Origin: Propionibacteriaceae bacterium | GTDB taxonomy: Bacteria > Actinomycetota > Actinomycetes > Propionibacteriales > Propionibacteriaceae | Reading direction: 5' to 3' | Length of the DNA stretch: 32,812 bases | Assembly: GCA_025923975.1 (NCBI GenBank) | Contig: JAICEV010000001.1 | Location: forward strand, 1-32,812 | Part shown: positions 18,837-27,643 of the stretch, piece by piece | Layout: every line of letters begins with the position of its first letter | Position numbering within the stretch: the stretch's first letter is position 1 | Position numbers and translations under genes: made by a program | Notes under the pieces: model-generated | Seen by the model: only the letters and a program-made list of their open reading frames with translations | Database searches by the model: none | What the model was told of the DNA's origin: nothing

Positions 18837-19700
18837 TCATCCCTCGTCGATAGCCTCAGCGGCTGCGGCTGCCGCCTGCTCGGCCGAAAGGGCGGCTTGG
18901 CGCAGCTCCTGGTAATGCTTTCTTGCGGCTCGCGCCGCCTCCCGCGCCTCCCGCTCAGCGGCCTCGGTCTGGCGCAGCTCGCTCCGCAACGACTCGACTC
19001 GGTCGGCCAGCTCATCCGCGTGCTGAGTGGCCGCCTCTGCCTCCGACTCCGCTGCGTCGGCGGCCGTGCGCGCGGCCGCCACCTTCTCCCGCGCCACGGC
19101 GGCAGCCTTCTCGGCTGCACGGCGTTGCTTTGGATCTAGCATTTGCGCCGGCTCTGCCGGTGTCCGCTTCTCCGGCTTGGTCGGCGCCTTGGCCGGCAGC
19201 TGACCGAAGGCGGACGCAAGATCAGTCGGCCCGAAACCACCCCCGTACGTGACGGCCTGAATTAGTCGTCCGGCACGTACCAGGTCGGCAATCTCTTGAT
19301 CACCCAGCGCTGTCTGTAGCGTCTGGCTGACTTCCTGCACCGCTCCATCGGGCGCGCTGTAACCCTGCTCTCGGCCCAGCTCCACCGCGCGACGCGCCAG
19401 CCCGTCCACGGTCTTACGGCGTTCAGTGGAGAGTTTGCGCAGTTCATCGCCCGCCATCCGCTGCTGCGCCTCCTGCAGGGCGGTACCCAGCTCGAGCAGC
19501 GCGTTGATCTCGTCCGGTTGTTGGCGAGCGAGCAGATTGATCAGCCAGGCACTGCGCGTCGGTCGTCGCAGCTTGCCGATCTTGGTGGCAAGCTCGCGAT
19601 CTCGCTCCTGTCGGGCTTCGGCGACGAGCTGCTGTCGTCGCTCGATGAAGTCATCAGGAGAGAGAGCATAAAGCTCGTTGGTGGCAGTCTCCAGATCCAC
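18837..19700 (-). CDS. Conserved actinobacterial hypothetical protein with C-terminal Ala/Glu/Arg coiled coil
   Basis: ELYALSPDDFIERR, KLRRPTRSAWLINLLAR, TLQTAL..VRAGRL, GGFG; fills the gap downstream of panC. Confidence 0.8.
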   Translation of the reverse strand: MDLETATNELYALSPDDFIERRQQLVAEARQERDRELATKIGKLRRPTRSAWLINLLARQQPDEINALLELGTALQEAQQRMAGDELRKLSTERRKTVDGLARRAVELGREQGYSAPDGAVQEVSQTLQTALGDQEIADLVRAGRLIQAVTYGGGFGPTDLASAFGQLPAKAPTKPEKRTPAEPAQMLDPKQRRAAEKAAAVAREKVAAARTAADAAESEAEAATQHADELADRVESLRSELRQTEAAEREAREAARAARKHYQELRQAALSAEQAAAAAAEAIDEG

Positions 19701-19732
19701 GGCCAGTGCTAACTAGATCAGGGGCCAGTGTG

Positions 19733-20596
19733 TCAGGCCCAGGGTGCGGGTGTGAAGTTGATCGTTGTGTTGTCGATCAACCGGGTTCCGCCGACGCGAG
19801 CCGCAACGACGAATTTCCCAAGGCCAACATGATCGTCTGGCACCTCGGCAAAGGTGGACGGATGGACGATTGTGGCGTAATCCAGCTCAAAGCACGGCTC
19901 TGCCTCGGCCCGATCCAACACCTCGTACGCCGCGGCTCGTGCGGAGCGGACCGAGCTTTGGGTTGCCGCCTTCTCCAGCGCGGCAGAAAGACTTCGCGCT
20001 ACGGCGCGCTCAGTTGCGCTGAGGAAGACGTTGCGGCTGGACAGTGCCAGCCCATCAGGCTCCCGGACAATCGGTGCGCCGACAAGCTCAACTGAGAGGT
20101 TCAGGTCGGCGACCATTCGCTGGATACAGGCGAGTTGTTGGGCGTCCTTCTCGCCAAAGACGGCGACGTGCGGCCGGATGATGTTGAACAACTTCAGAAC
20201 GACCGTGAGCACGCCGTTGAAGTGGCCGGGTCGGGACTGTCCCTCGAGCAGGGAGCCCAGAATGCCTGCGTCCACGGTCACCTGCCGGCCCGCGGGATAG
20301 AGGTCGGGAACGCTCGGTACGAAGACGATGTCGACCCCGTCGGCCTGGCAGACCTGAAGATCATCCTCGAGGGGGCGCGGATAGCGCGCATAGTCTTCGC
20401 CAGGTCCGAACTGCAGCGGGTTGACGAAGATACTGACCACGACCACGTCGCCGCGCGTCTTGGCCAACTTGATGAGGGAACGATGTCCTTCGTGCAAGGC
20501 GCCCATCGTGGGGACATAGGCAACACGGGGGGAAGAATGACCCTCCAGCGCGCTCCGGAGTGCGGCGTACTCGGTGATGCTATGAGTGATCTTCAT
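19733..20596 (-). CDS. panC: Pantoate--beta-alanine ligase
   Basis: [53 protein letters not shown]. Confidence 0.98.
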   Translation of the reverse strand: MKITHSITEYAALRSALEGHSSPRVAYVPTMGALHEGHRSLIKLAKTRGDVVVVSIFVNPLQFGPGEDYARYPRPLEDDLQVCQADGVDIVFVPSVPDLYPAGRQVTVDAGILGSLLEGQSRPGHFNGVLTVVLKLFNIIRPHVAVFGEKDAQQLACIQRMVADLNLSVELVGAPIVREPDGLALSSRNVFLSATERAVARSLSAALEKAATQSSVRSARAAAYEVLDRAEAEPCFELDYATIVHPSTFAEVPDDHVGLGKFVVAARVGGTRLIDNTTINFTPAPWA

Positions 20597-21444
20597 GGCT
20601 TGCCTTCAGAACTCGGAATGGTCGAAGCAAACGTGTGCTGCTCGCTTGGGAAAGTGCCGCTCCTAACATCATCAACGTACGCCGCGGCCGCGTCGCCGAT
20701 GATCTTGGCCAGGTTTGCGTACTGCTTGACGAAGCGCTGCATCCTGCCACGTCGCAGCCCAGCCATGTCCTGCCAGACAAGGACCTGCGCGTCACAGTCC
20801 GGGCCGGCGCCGATCCCGACAGTCGGAATGTCGAGCTCGGCGGTGACTTGTCGCGCCAGGTCACCGGGCACCATCTCCAAAACCATGGCGAATGCGCCCG
20901 CTTCCGCTACCGCGCGGGCGTCGGTCAGCAGCCGTCGAGCGTCATCGCCGCGACCCTGCACCCGATAGCCGCCCAACTGGTGTTCGCTCTGGGGGGTGAA
21001 GCCGATATGCCCCATGACTGGGATACCGGCGTCGGTGACCTTCTGGATCTGATCAGCTACTCGCACTCCACCCTCGAACTTCACAGCGTGACAGCCGCCC
21101 TCCTTCATAAAGCGGATCGCAGTCTGCAGCGCCTGTGAGGGCCCGTCCTCGTACGAGCCGAACGGCAAATCAGCGACCACGAAGGCGCGTTTGGTGGACT
21201 TCACTACGGCGCGCACCAGCGGCAGCAGCTCGTCGACCGTGATCGGCAGTGTGCTTTCGTACCCGTAGACATTGTTAGCGGCGGAGTCACCGACGAGTAG
21301 TGCCCAAACCCCGGCCTCGTCAAACAGTTCAGCCGTGTACTGGTCATAGCTGGTCAGCATCGCCCAACGCTCATGTTGGCGCTTTGCGGTGTAGAAGTCG
21401 GTGATGCGAATCCTGCGCACCGGCGGAGGACTGGTTTCGGTCAC
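20593..21444 (-). CDS. panB: 3-methyl-2-oxobutanoate hydroxymethyltransferase
   Basis: [49 protein letters not shown]. Start chosen at GTG 21444 (GAGG RBS). ATGA overlap with panC. Confidence 0.97.
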   Translation of the reverse strand: MTETSPPPVRRIRITDFYTAKRQHERWAMLTSYDQYTAELFDEAGVWALLVGDSAANNVYGYESTLPITVDELLPLVRAVVKSTKRAFVVADLPFGSYEDGPSQALQTAIRFMKEGGCHAVKFEGGVRVADQIQKVTDAGIPVMGHIGFTPQSEHQLGGYRVQGRGDDARRLLTDARAVAEAGAFAMVLEMVPGDLARQVTAELDIPTVGIGAGPDCDAQVLVWQDMAGLRRGRMQRFVKQYANLAKIIGDAAAAYVDDVRSGTFPSEQHTFASTIPSSEGKP

Positions 21445-21553
21445 TGCGTCAGCCTCACATCTGCAGAACCTAACGCATGCCCGCGCATGGCGGGCCTCGT
21501 CCCGGGCAAGCGACAAGTGTGGCGGATCGTGCGGCAATCCGACCTGGTATCCC

Positions 21554-21979
21554 TCAGAGGTGGGAGAGCACCAATGATGATCGGGTACGCGAGACGCCGG
21601 GGTGATTGCGGATGATGCCTAGAACTTTCTCGAAGTGGTCGGTATCGGCGGCTCGCACTCGGAGTATTCCATCGGCCTCGCCGGTGACTGTGTACGCTTC
21701 AACCACTTCCGGGATGGCGCTCACCATCTCACGCATCCGCTCCGGCGGTACCCGGCCCTCGCAATAGACCTCAACAAACGCCTCGATTGTCCAGCCCAGT
21801 GCGGCAGGCTCAATGTCGGCTGTGAAGCGCCGGATCACACCACCTAGCCGGAGCCGATCGACCCGTCGTTTGGTGGCCGCGGTGGAGAGTCCGACGTGAT
21901 GCCCGAGCATGGCAAAGCTCTCACGACCATGGTCTGTCAGCCGCGCAAGGATCTTGTGATCTATTTCGTCAAGACGCAA
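21554..21979 (-). CDS. Lrp/AsnC family transcriptional regulator
   Basis: [42 protein letters not shown] 21979 with an AGGAG RBS is preferred over 22006. Confidence 0.93.
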   Translation of the reverse strand: MRLDEIDHKILARLTDHGRESFAMLGHHVGLSTAATKRRVDRLRLGGVIRRFTADIEPAALGWTIEAFVEVYCEGRVPPERMREMVSAIPEVVEAYTVTGEADGILRVRAADTDHFEKVLGIIRNHPGVSRTRSSLVLSHL

Positions 21980-22045
21980 TACAGTCTCCTGAGTTTCGTT
22001 GATCACACTATCTCACTTGCGCCCTCTGGGCCCTACTCTTCTAGC

Positions 22046-22999
22046 GTGACAAGCACCGTGCTGAACCACGTCGGGCACCCTGCTCGACGTGCCATGCTTC
22101 GGCACTATCTGATGTGCCCGCCGACCTACTTCGACGTGGTCTATTCGATCAACCCGTGGATGGATCCGGGCGGACATGTGGACCGTGTCTTGGCAGTCCG
22201 GCAATGGTCGGCGCTTGTTGACACTTACCGGTCGACAGGTCATCGAGTGGATCTGTTGGAGCCGGTGCCCGGGTTGCCCGACATGGTCTACGCCGCCAAC
22301 GGCGCGACCGTGGTGGATGGCCGCACCCTGCCGGCCAGGTTCGCCAATCCGCAACGTGAGGCTGAAGCGGCCATCCATGAGGCGTGGCATCGCCGGAATG
22401 GGATCTTCTACGGCGGCGGAGAGGTGCACCCGGCCGTTGCAGTCAATGAGGCCGAGGGGGATTTTGCTGTGCTGTCAAGCAGAATCCTCGGCGGCTACGG
22501 CTTCCGTACCACGCTTGAGGCTCATCGTGAGCTTGCCACGCTAACTGGCCGCGAGGTGATCAGCCTTGAGCTGGTCGATCCGCGGCTCTTCCATCTCGAT
22601 CTTGCTCTGGCAGTCCTTGACGACGAACGTGATCATATTGCCTACTATCCGGACGCCTTCAGTGAGCGGAGCCGTCGGCTGCTGGGTGAACTGTTTCCGG
22701 ATGCTCTACTTGCGAGCGAGCTTGATGCGTACGCCTTCGGACTCAATGCTGTCAGCGACGGGCTGCATGTCTTCGTTCCGGCGGGTGCCCGGCCACTGCA
22801 CGACGGGCTTGCCGCCGCCGGCTACTGGCCGATCTCAATCGATCTCAGTGAGCTGATCAAGGGTGGCGGCAGCGTGAAGTGTTGCACCCAGCAGATCAGG
22901 CCGACGCGACGGGCGTCGGAGTCGCGCCTCCAGCGCGACGTGGGCGAAGAGCACCAAACAAGAAGGCACCAAATAAGAAGGACAGGCGCATCATCATGA
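22046..22999 (+). CDS. ddaH: Dimethylargininase / amidinotransferase family protein (DDAH-like)
   Basis: YLMCPPTYFDVVYSINPWM, GLPDMVYAANG, EAEGD, FHLDLAL, KGGGSVKCCT (Cys-His-Asp fold). TACTCT lies 6 nt before GTG 22046 (leaderless). Confidence 0.9.
   Translation: MTSTVLNHVGHPARRAMLRHYLMCPPTYFDVVYSINPWMDPGGHVDRVLAVRQWSALVDTYRSTGHRVDLLEPVPGLPDMVYAANGATVVDGRTLPARFANPQREAEAAIHEAWHRRNGIFYGGGEVHPAVAVNEAEGDFAVLSSRILGGYGFRTTLEAHRELATLTGREVISLELVDPRLFHLDLALAVLDDERDHIAYYPDAFSERSRRLLGELFPDALLASELDAYAFGLNAVSDGLHVFVPAGARPLHDGLAAAGYWPISIDLSELIKGGGSVKCCTQQIRPTRRASESRLQRDVGEEHQTRRHQIRRTGASS
22951..22980 (+). repeat. 15-bp direct tandem repeat GCACCAAA(C/T)AAGAAG x2
   Basis: Read directly from the sequence; 1 mismatch; overlaps the rocD RBS region. 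Confidence 0.85.
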
Positions 23000-24225
23000 T
23001 CATCATGGACCAGACCCTCACCCCGGCCAGCCACCTGCTGCAGCTCGAGGATGAGCACGTCGCTCACAACTACCACCCGCTTGACGTTGTGATATCAGAT
23101 GCGTCCGGCGCGGTGCTCACCGATCTCGACGGTAGACAGTATCTGGATTTCCTCGCGGCATACTCGGCTGCAAACTTCGGGCACCGTCATCCCGCGCTTG
23201 TCGCCGCCGCCAAGCAGCAGCTCGACCGGGTCACGTTGACTTCGCGCGCCTTCCACCATGATCAGCTGGCACCCTTTGCGGCCGGACTCACCGCGTTGAT
23301 CGGCAAGGACATGGTGCTGCCGATGAACACTGGTGCCGAGGCTGTGGAGTCCGCGATCAAGGTTGCCCGCAAGTGGGGTTACGAGGTCAAGGGTGTGCCA
23401 GATGGTCGAGCTGTGATCATTGTTGCAACCGGCAACTTCCACGGCCGTACCACCACCATCATCGGCTTCTCCGACGATCCGCTGGCGCATGATCATTTCG
23501 GGCCGTACACCCCGGGTTTCGTCCAGGTTCCGTACGGTGATCTTGAAGCCATTCGCAATGCGATCACCGATGATGTCGTCGCAGTACTGCTGGAGCCGAT
23601 TCAGGGTGAATCAGGCGTACGGATTCCGCCAGCGGGCTACCTGGCCGGAGTGCGGGAGTTGACTAGCCAGCATCGCATTCTGTTCATCGCCGACGAGATC
23701 CAGTCAGGGCTCGGGCGTACCGGCCGCACCCTCGCCCTGGAGCATGAGAACGTCACCGCTGATGTCTACCTGCTGGGTAAGGCGCTGGGCGGTGGCATTG
23801 TGCCGGTCTCGGCGGTCGTCGCTGATCACGACGTACTCGGTGTGCTGCAGCCTGGTCAGCATGGCAGCACCTTCGGTGGAAACGCTCTCGGCTGCGCCGT
23901 CGGGCTGGCTGTCGTCAGGCTGCTGGAGACCGGTTATTACCAGCAGCGCGCTGCGGTACTGGGTCTTCAGCTGCGGGAGCGGCTGGACAACATGGTCGGG
24001 CGCGGCGTGGTCGCGGTCCGTTCCCGCGGCCTGTGGGCGGGAATTGACATCGATCCTGGCCTCGGCACGGGTCGTGACGTCAGTGAGGCACTGGCTCGAC
24101 GGCAGGTGCTGACCAAGGACACGCACGGCTCCACGATCCGTTTAGCCCCGCCGCTGGTGATCAGCGAAGCACAACTCGATCACGGTCTAGACCAGCTCGA
24201 GCTGGCGTTGCGGGACCTGAGCTAG
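22996..24225 (+). CDS. rocD: Ornithine--oxo-acid aminotransferase
   Basis: AHNYHPL, AAYSAANFGH, MNTGAEAVESAIK, NFHGRT, EPIQGE, DEIQSGLGRTG, LGKALGGG (PLP Lys), HGSTFGGN. ATGA overlap with ddaH (alternative start 23005). Confidence 0.96.
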   Translation: MIIMDQTLTPASHLLQLEDEHVAHNYHPLDVVISDASGAVLTDLDGRQYLDFLAAYSAANFGHRHPALVAAAKQQLDRVTLTSRAFHHDQLAPFAAGLTALIGKDMVLPMNTGAEAVESAIKVARKWGYEVKGVPDGRAVIIVATGNFHGRTTTIIGFSDDPLAHDHFGPYTPGFVQVPYGDLEAIRNAITDDVVAVLLEPIQGESGVRIPPAGYLAGVRELTSQHRILFIADEIQSGLGRTGRTLALEHENVTADVYLLGKALGGGIVPVSAVVADHDVLGVLQPGQHGSTFGGNALGCAVGLAVVRLLETGYYQQRAAVLGLQLRERLDNMVGRGVVAVRSRGLWAGIDIDPGLGTGRDVSEALARRQVLTKDTHGSTIRLAPPLVISEAQLDHGLDQLELALRDLS

Positions 24226-24232
24226 CTACCTG

Positions 24233-24347
24233 CCGACTTGTCAGAGTCTCAGCGCGCTATATCAGCTGCGAGCATCGGAAATCGCGGATACAACGCGCGA
24301 TGCGCGAGCAGCTCAAGTCATAGCCCGCTGAGACTCTGACAAGTCGG
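24233..24347. repeat. 115-bp long inverted repeat (REP/MITE-like copy 2)
   Basis: Perfect 22-bp arms CCGACTTGTCAGAGTCTCAGCG / CGCTGAGACTCTGACAAGTCGG, then GCTAT/ATAGC, AGCTGC/GCAGCT and GCATCG/CGATGC. Confidence 0.9.
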
Positions 24348-24363
24348 ACGCAAAGATAGGGGC

Positions 24364-25026
24364 ATGACGGCACAGGATCCGGACGCAGACGTACGACGAC
24401 TATCGGGGGAAGCCGTGGCAGATGGCGACCCGACCGCCTGGTTTGAGCGGCTCTACTCAGATGCTGCGCAAGGGCATGCCATTGTGCCGTGGGACCGCCG
24501 AGCACCGCATCCGCTACTGGTCGACTGGGTCGAGCGGCAGCTGGCCACCTCGGGACTCACATTGGTAGTGGGCTCGGGACTCGGTGACGACGCGGCGTTC
24601 CTGGCGGCCCGCGGATATCGCGTAATCGCATTCGATATCTCGCGATCCGCGATCGAATCTGCACGACGCCGCTTTCCCACGAGCCCGGTGGACTTCCGGA
24701 TTGCCGATCTGCTGAATCCGCCGGCCGAGTGGCGTCAGCATTTCGATCTTGTGGTGGAGACCTATACGACACAATCCCTGCCGGTACGCCTGCGTCCGAC
24801 CGTCGTGCTGCACGTTGGCCGCTTCGTCGCGCCGGGAGGTCAGTTGGTGGTGCTCGCCGTTGCGCGCGATGGTGATGAACCGATCGATGGACCGCCGTGG
24901 CCGCTCAGCCGTGCCGACATCGAGTCCTTTGCAGTCGAGGGTCTGGAGGTGCTGAGCCTGGAGGAGATCCGCGACCCGCCGGGAACCCATCACTGGCGGG
25001 CCGTTTTCTCCCGCCCCGCAGGCTAA
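24364..25026 (+). CDS. Class I SAM-dependent methyltransferase (TPMT/TehB-like)
   Basis: WFERLY, VPWD, LVVGSGLGDDA, AFDIS, FDLVVE..T.QSLP, GPPWPL. Confidence 0.88.
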   Translation: MTAQDPDADVRRLSGEAVADGDPTAWFERLYSDAAQGHAIVPWDRRAPHPLLVDWVERQLATSGLTLVVGSGLGDDAAFLAARGYRVIAFDISRSAIESARRRFPTSPVDFRIADLLNPPAEWRQHFDLVVETYTTQSLPVRLRPTVVLHVGRFVAPGGQLVVLAVARDGDEPIDGPPWPLSRADIESFAVEGLEVLSLEEIRDPPGTHHWRAVFSRPAG

Positions 25027-25074
25027 GCCCTTAGGGTTGGCGGGAACAGGCCTGGCGCAGAGGAGGAGTTTGCC

Positions 25075-25476
25075 GTGGCGGGCAAGACCGTGATCACTTT
25101 CGGCACCTTCGACGTATTCCACGTCGGCCACGTACGAGTGCTCAACCGCTCGGCCGCTCTGGGTGACCGGCTCATCGTGGGAGTCTCCTCAGACAAGCTC
25201 AACTTCGCCAAGAAGGGTCGCAACCCGGTCTTCAGCCAGGAGGAGCGCCTCGAGATCGTTGCCAATGTCAAGGCTGTCGATGCGGTGTTCATCGAGGAAA
25301 GTCTTGAGCAGAAACGTGACTATGTCCTGGAGCACAAGGCCGACATCTTGGTAATGGGCGACGACTGGAGAGGCAAGTTCGACTACCTGAACGACATTTG
25401 TCAGGTGGTGTACCTGCCGCGTACGCCGTCGGTTTCGACGACCGCGATCATCGAGCAGATTGTCGGCAACTCCTGA
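25075..25476 (+). CDS. Cytidylyltransferase family protein (glycerol-3-phosphate cytidylyltransferase, TagD-like)
   Basis: TFGTFDVFHVGH, LIVGVSSD, MGDDWRGKFD, YLPRTPSVSTT; GAGGAG RBS. Confidence 0.92.
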   Translation: MAGKTVITFGTFDVFHVGHVRVLNRSAALGDRLIVGVSSDKLNFAKKGRNPVFSQEERLEIVANVKAVDAVFIEESLEQKRDYVLEHKADILVMGDDWRGKFDYLNDICQVVYLPRTPSVSTTAIIEQIVGNS

Positions 25477-25559
25477 CCAGTACGGTTGGGAAAGTGGCGG
25501 CCCACCGGCCTGACGAGGACAGATGGGCCAGGGCTCAGCATGACACGAGTGGGATGTGA

Positions 25560-26294
25560 ATGATGACGGAGGGGGGCGCTGCGGGCGGCCGCGATAGCGC
25601 TGCAGACGGCAATTCCACGGTCACGACGGGCGCTGGACGGCGCCCTCTCGGGCGTGAGCTGATTCTCACCGAGGCCGTGCGTTTCATCGACCAGCGTGGG
25701 CAGGACCGGCTGACCATGAGACGACTTGGTGCCGAGTTGAGCGTGGAGGCGATGGCCCTGTACCGCTACGTGCCGGGTCGTGAGCAGTTGCTCGACGGGG
25801 TCGTAGAGCACGTCATGAACGAGCTCTATGAGACGACGATGACCAAGGAACTGGCGACATCCTGGCCGGAGTACTTGGAACGGATGGCGCAGGGCGTGCG
25901 AGCCGTAGCGATCGGACACCCGAGGGTGTTTCCCTTGGTTGCAGTTCGGCCGCCTGCTGCGCCGTGGCTTCGACCGCCACTGCGGAGCCTCCGCTGGGTG
26001 GAAGGCTTCCTCGAGGCGCTTGCGAAATTTGGCTTCTCGGCTCAGCAGAGCGTGCTGGTCTATCGGGCTTTCGCCACATTCCTGCTCGGCCACCTGCTTC
26101 TCGAGACCGCCACGCTCGCCGGCGAAGCAGAAGCACCAATCGAGGACGACACCGAGGTCGCCGGGACCGACGCGCTGTCGGCGTATCCACGGCTGACCTC
26201 GCTGTCGGCTCAACTCTCACAAGATGCCTTTGAGGATGAATTCGATGACGCCTTGCACGATCTGATCAAGCGCGTCGCTCACTTCCGCAGCTGA
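25560..26294 (+). CDS. TetR/AcrR family regulator with TetR_C-type ligand domain
   Basis: HTH LTMRRLGAELSVEAMALYRYVPGREQLLD; PPAAPWLRPPLRSL. Confidence 0.92.
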   Translation: MMTEGGAAGGRDSAADGNSTVTTGAGRRPLGRELILTEAVRFIDQRGQDRLTMRRLGAELSVEAMALYRYVPGREQLLDGVVEHVMNELYETTMTKELATSWPEYLERMAQGVRAVAIGHPRVFPLVAVRPPAAPWLRPPLRSLRWVEGFLEALAKFGFSAQQSVLVYRAFATFLLGHLLLETATLAGEAEAPIEDDTEVAGTDALSAYPRLTSLSAQLSQDAFEDEFDDALHDLIKRVAHFRS

Positions 26295-26382
26295 CATGGC
26301 AGCCCCAAAGTTAGGTTTGGGTAGGGCCCGGTCGGGGTTTTAACACTACGACGAATAAACCGTGCAGGGGTGATGAACTGAC

Positions 26383-26919
26383 ATGACCGACAACCGGGGC
26401 ACGGAGGTTGGCGAGAACATCGACCTGAGGGACGGTCGTGACGAGTCCCTGAATGAGCGGATGGACCGAAACTGGAACGAGATCCTCCAGGAGCTGCGGG
26501 TTACCCAAACCGGTACTCAGATCTTCACAGGGTTCTTGCTCACCATCGCGTTCCAGAGCAGATTCAGCGAGCTGACCACTTTTCAAGTTCGGGTCTATCT
26601 CACTCTTGTGATCGCCGCCGTCCTTACCACCGCACTTGGATTGGCACCGGTGAACCTGCACCGTGGCTTGTTCCGCAAGGGCGCGAAGATGATCATCGTG
26701 CAGACCGCGCACATCATCATGCGAATCACGCTGGTCGGGGTTGCGTTGATGTTGATCGGCACCGTCTTGTTGATCTTCGATCTGGTGTTGGATCGCCGTG
26801 CTGCGTTGATCGCCGCCGGTGCGACGCTGCTCATCGTGATCGTGCTCGCTGTGTTGCCGCCCCTCCTTCGGTCTAACCGGTCAACGGAATCACCCGAAGC
26901 TCAAACCAAGAGCAGCTGA
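26383..26919 (+). CDS. DUF6328-like membrane protein
   Basis: ERMDRNWNEILQELRVTQTGTQIFTGFLLTIAFQSRF, APVNLHR; four hydrophobic segments. Confidence 0.85.
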   Translation: MTDNRGTEVGENIDLRDGRDESLNERMDRNWNEILQELRVTQTGTQIFTGFLLTIAFQSRFSELTTFQVRVYLTLVIAAVLTTALGLAPVNLHRGLFRKGAKMIIVQTAHIIMRITLVGVALMLIGTVLLIFDLVLDRRAALIAAGATLLIVIVLAVLPPLLRSNRSTESPEAQTKSS

Positions 26920-26931
26920 AAGGAGACGATC

Positions 26932-27204
26932 ATGCCGGGAAAGAAGAAGCCAGGTCCCAGCGTCAAGGACGACAAGATCTACGAGGCGATTCGCGACCAG
27001 GGCGGCTCCAAGGAGAAGGCCGCTCAAATTGCCAACGCTTCGGCGGCGCGTAGCCGGTCCTCGGTCGGCAAGAAGGGTGGCAAGTCCGGCTCCTACGACG
27101 ACTGGAAGGTCGAAGACTTGCGCAAGCGGGCCAAGGAGCTGGGCCTGTCCGGCTACTCAGGCAAGAAGAAGTCCGAACTCGTGTCGATGCTGCGTAATCA
27201 CTGA
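26932..27204 (+). CDS. Small basic protein with Rho termination factor N-terminal-like domain
   Basis: PGPSVKDDKIYEAIR..SKEKAAQIAN; YDDWKVEDLRKRAKELGLSGYSGKKKSELVSMLRNH; AAGGAG RBS. Confidence 0.88.
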   Translation: MPGKKKPGPSVKDDKIYEAIRDQGGSKEKAAQIANASAARSRSSVGKKGGKSGSYDDWKVEDLRKRAKELGLSGYSGKKKSELVSMLRNH

Positions 27205-27208
27205 ATCG

Positions 27209-27643
27209 GTGCGGCCGTCGGGGTGCGTAGCGGGACTGATCATCTCGTTGGGCCTGCTCTGCGGCTGTAGCCAGCAAGCCGCCGCCACAGAGGACTTGAT
27301 TCACGCGCTGAGCGATGCCCATAGCGCCATCGCGAGCAGCGTCCTCGCAATTGAGCTGTACGACCAGAAGCGAACGACCCGAGCTGTGACCGAGACGCTG
27401 CTCGGGGACATGGCAGAACAGATGGTCGACGCCGAACGAGCGCTGGAGCCTGTCAGCATCGCCAGTGAGCAGACCCAGGCCGACCGCGATGCCGCGTTGG
27501 CGGCGGTACAAGCGGGTGTAGCAGCGGTGCTGACGAGCCGCGACCAACTAGAGCAGCAGGGTGCCGTCGACAACACCGCGGCCCTGGAATCGGCCGGTCA
27601 ACAGGTGGATGCCGTTCTCAGCCAGCTGAGGGGCGGCCAGTGA
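27209..27643 (+). CDS. Putative helical lipoprotein
   Basis: GTG 4 nt after the previous stop; MRPSGCVAGLIISLGLLCGC lipobox; helical-bundle-like Ala/Glu/Asp-rich body; GTGA overlap with the next gene. Confidence 0.75.
   Translation: MRPSGCVAGLIISLGLLCGCSQQAAATEDLIHALSDAHSAIASSVLAIELYDQKRTTRAVTETLLGDMAEQMVDAERALEPVSIASEQTQADRDAALAAVQAGVAAVLTSRDQLEQQGAVDNTAALESAGQQVDAVLSQLRGGQ

Noticed and set aside
21554-24225. Lrp-ddaH-rocD as a novel system
   Set aside because: A known, conserved actinobacterial arginine/ornithine catabolic arrangement that also occurs in mycobacteria.
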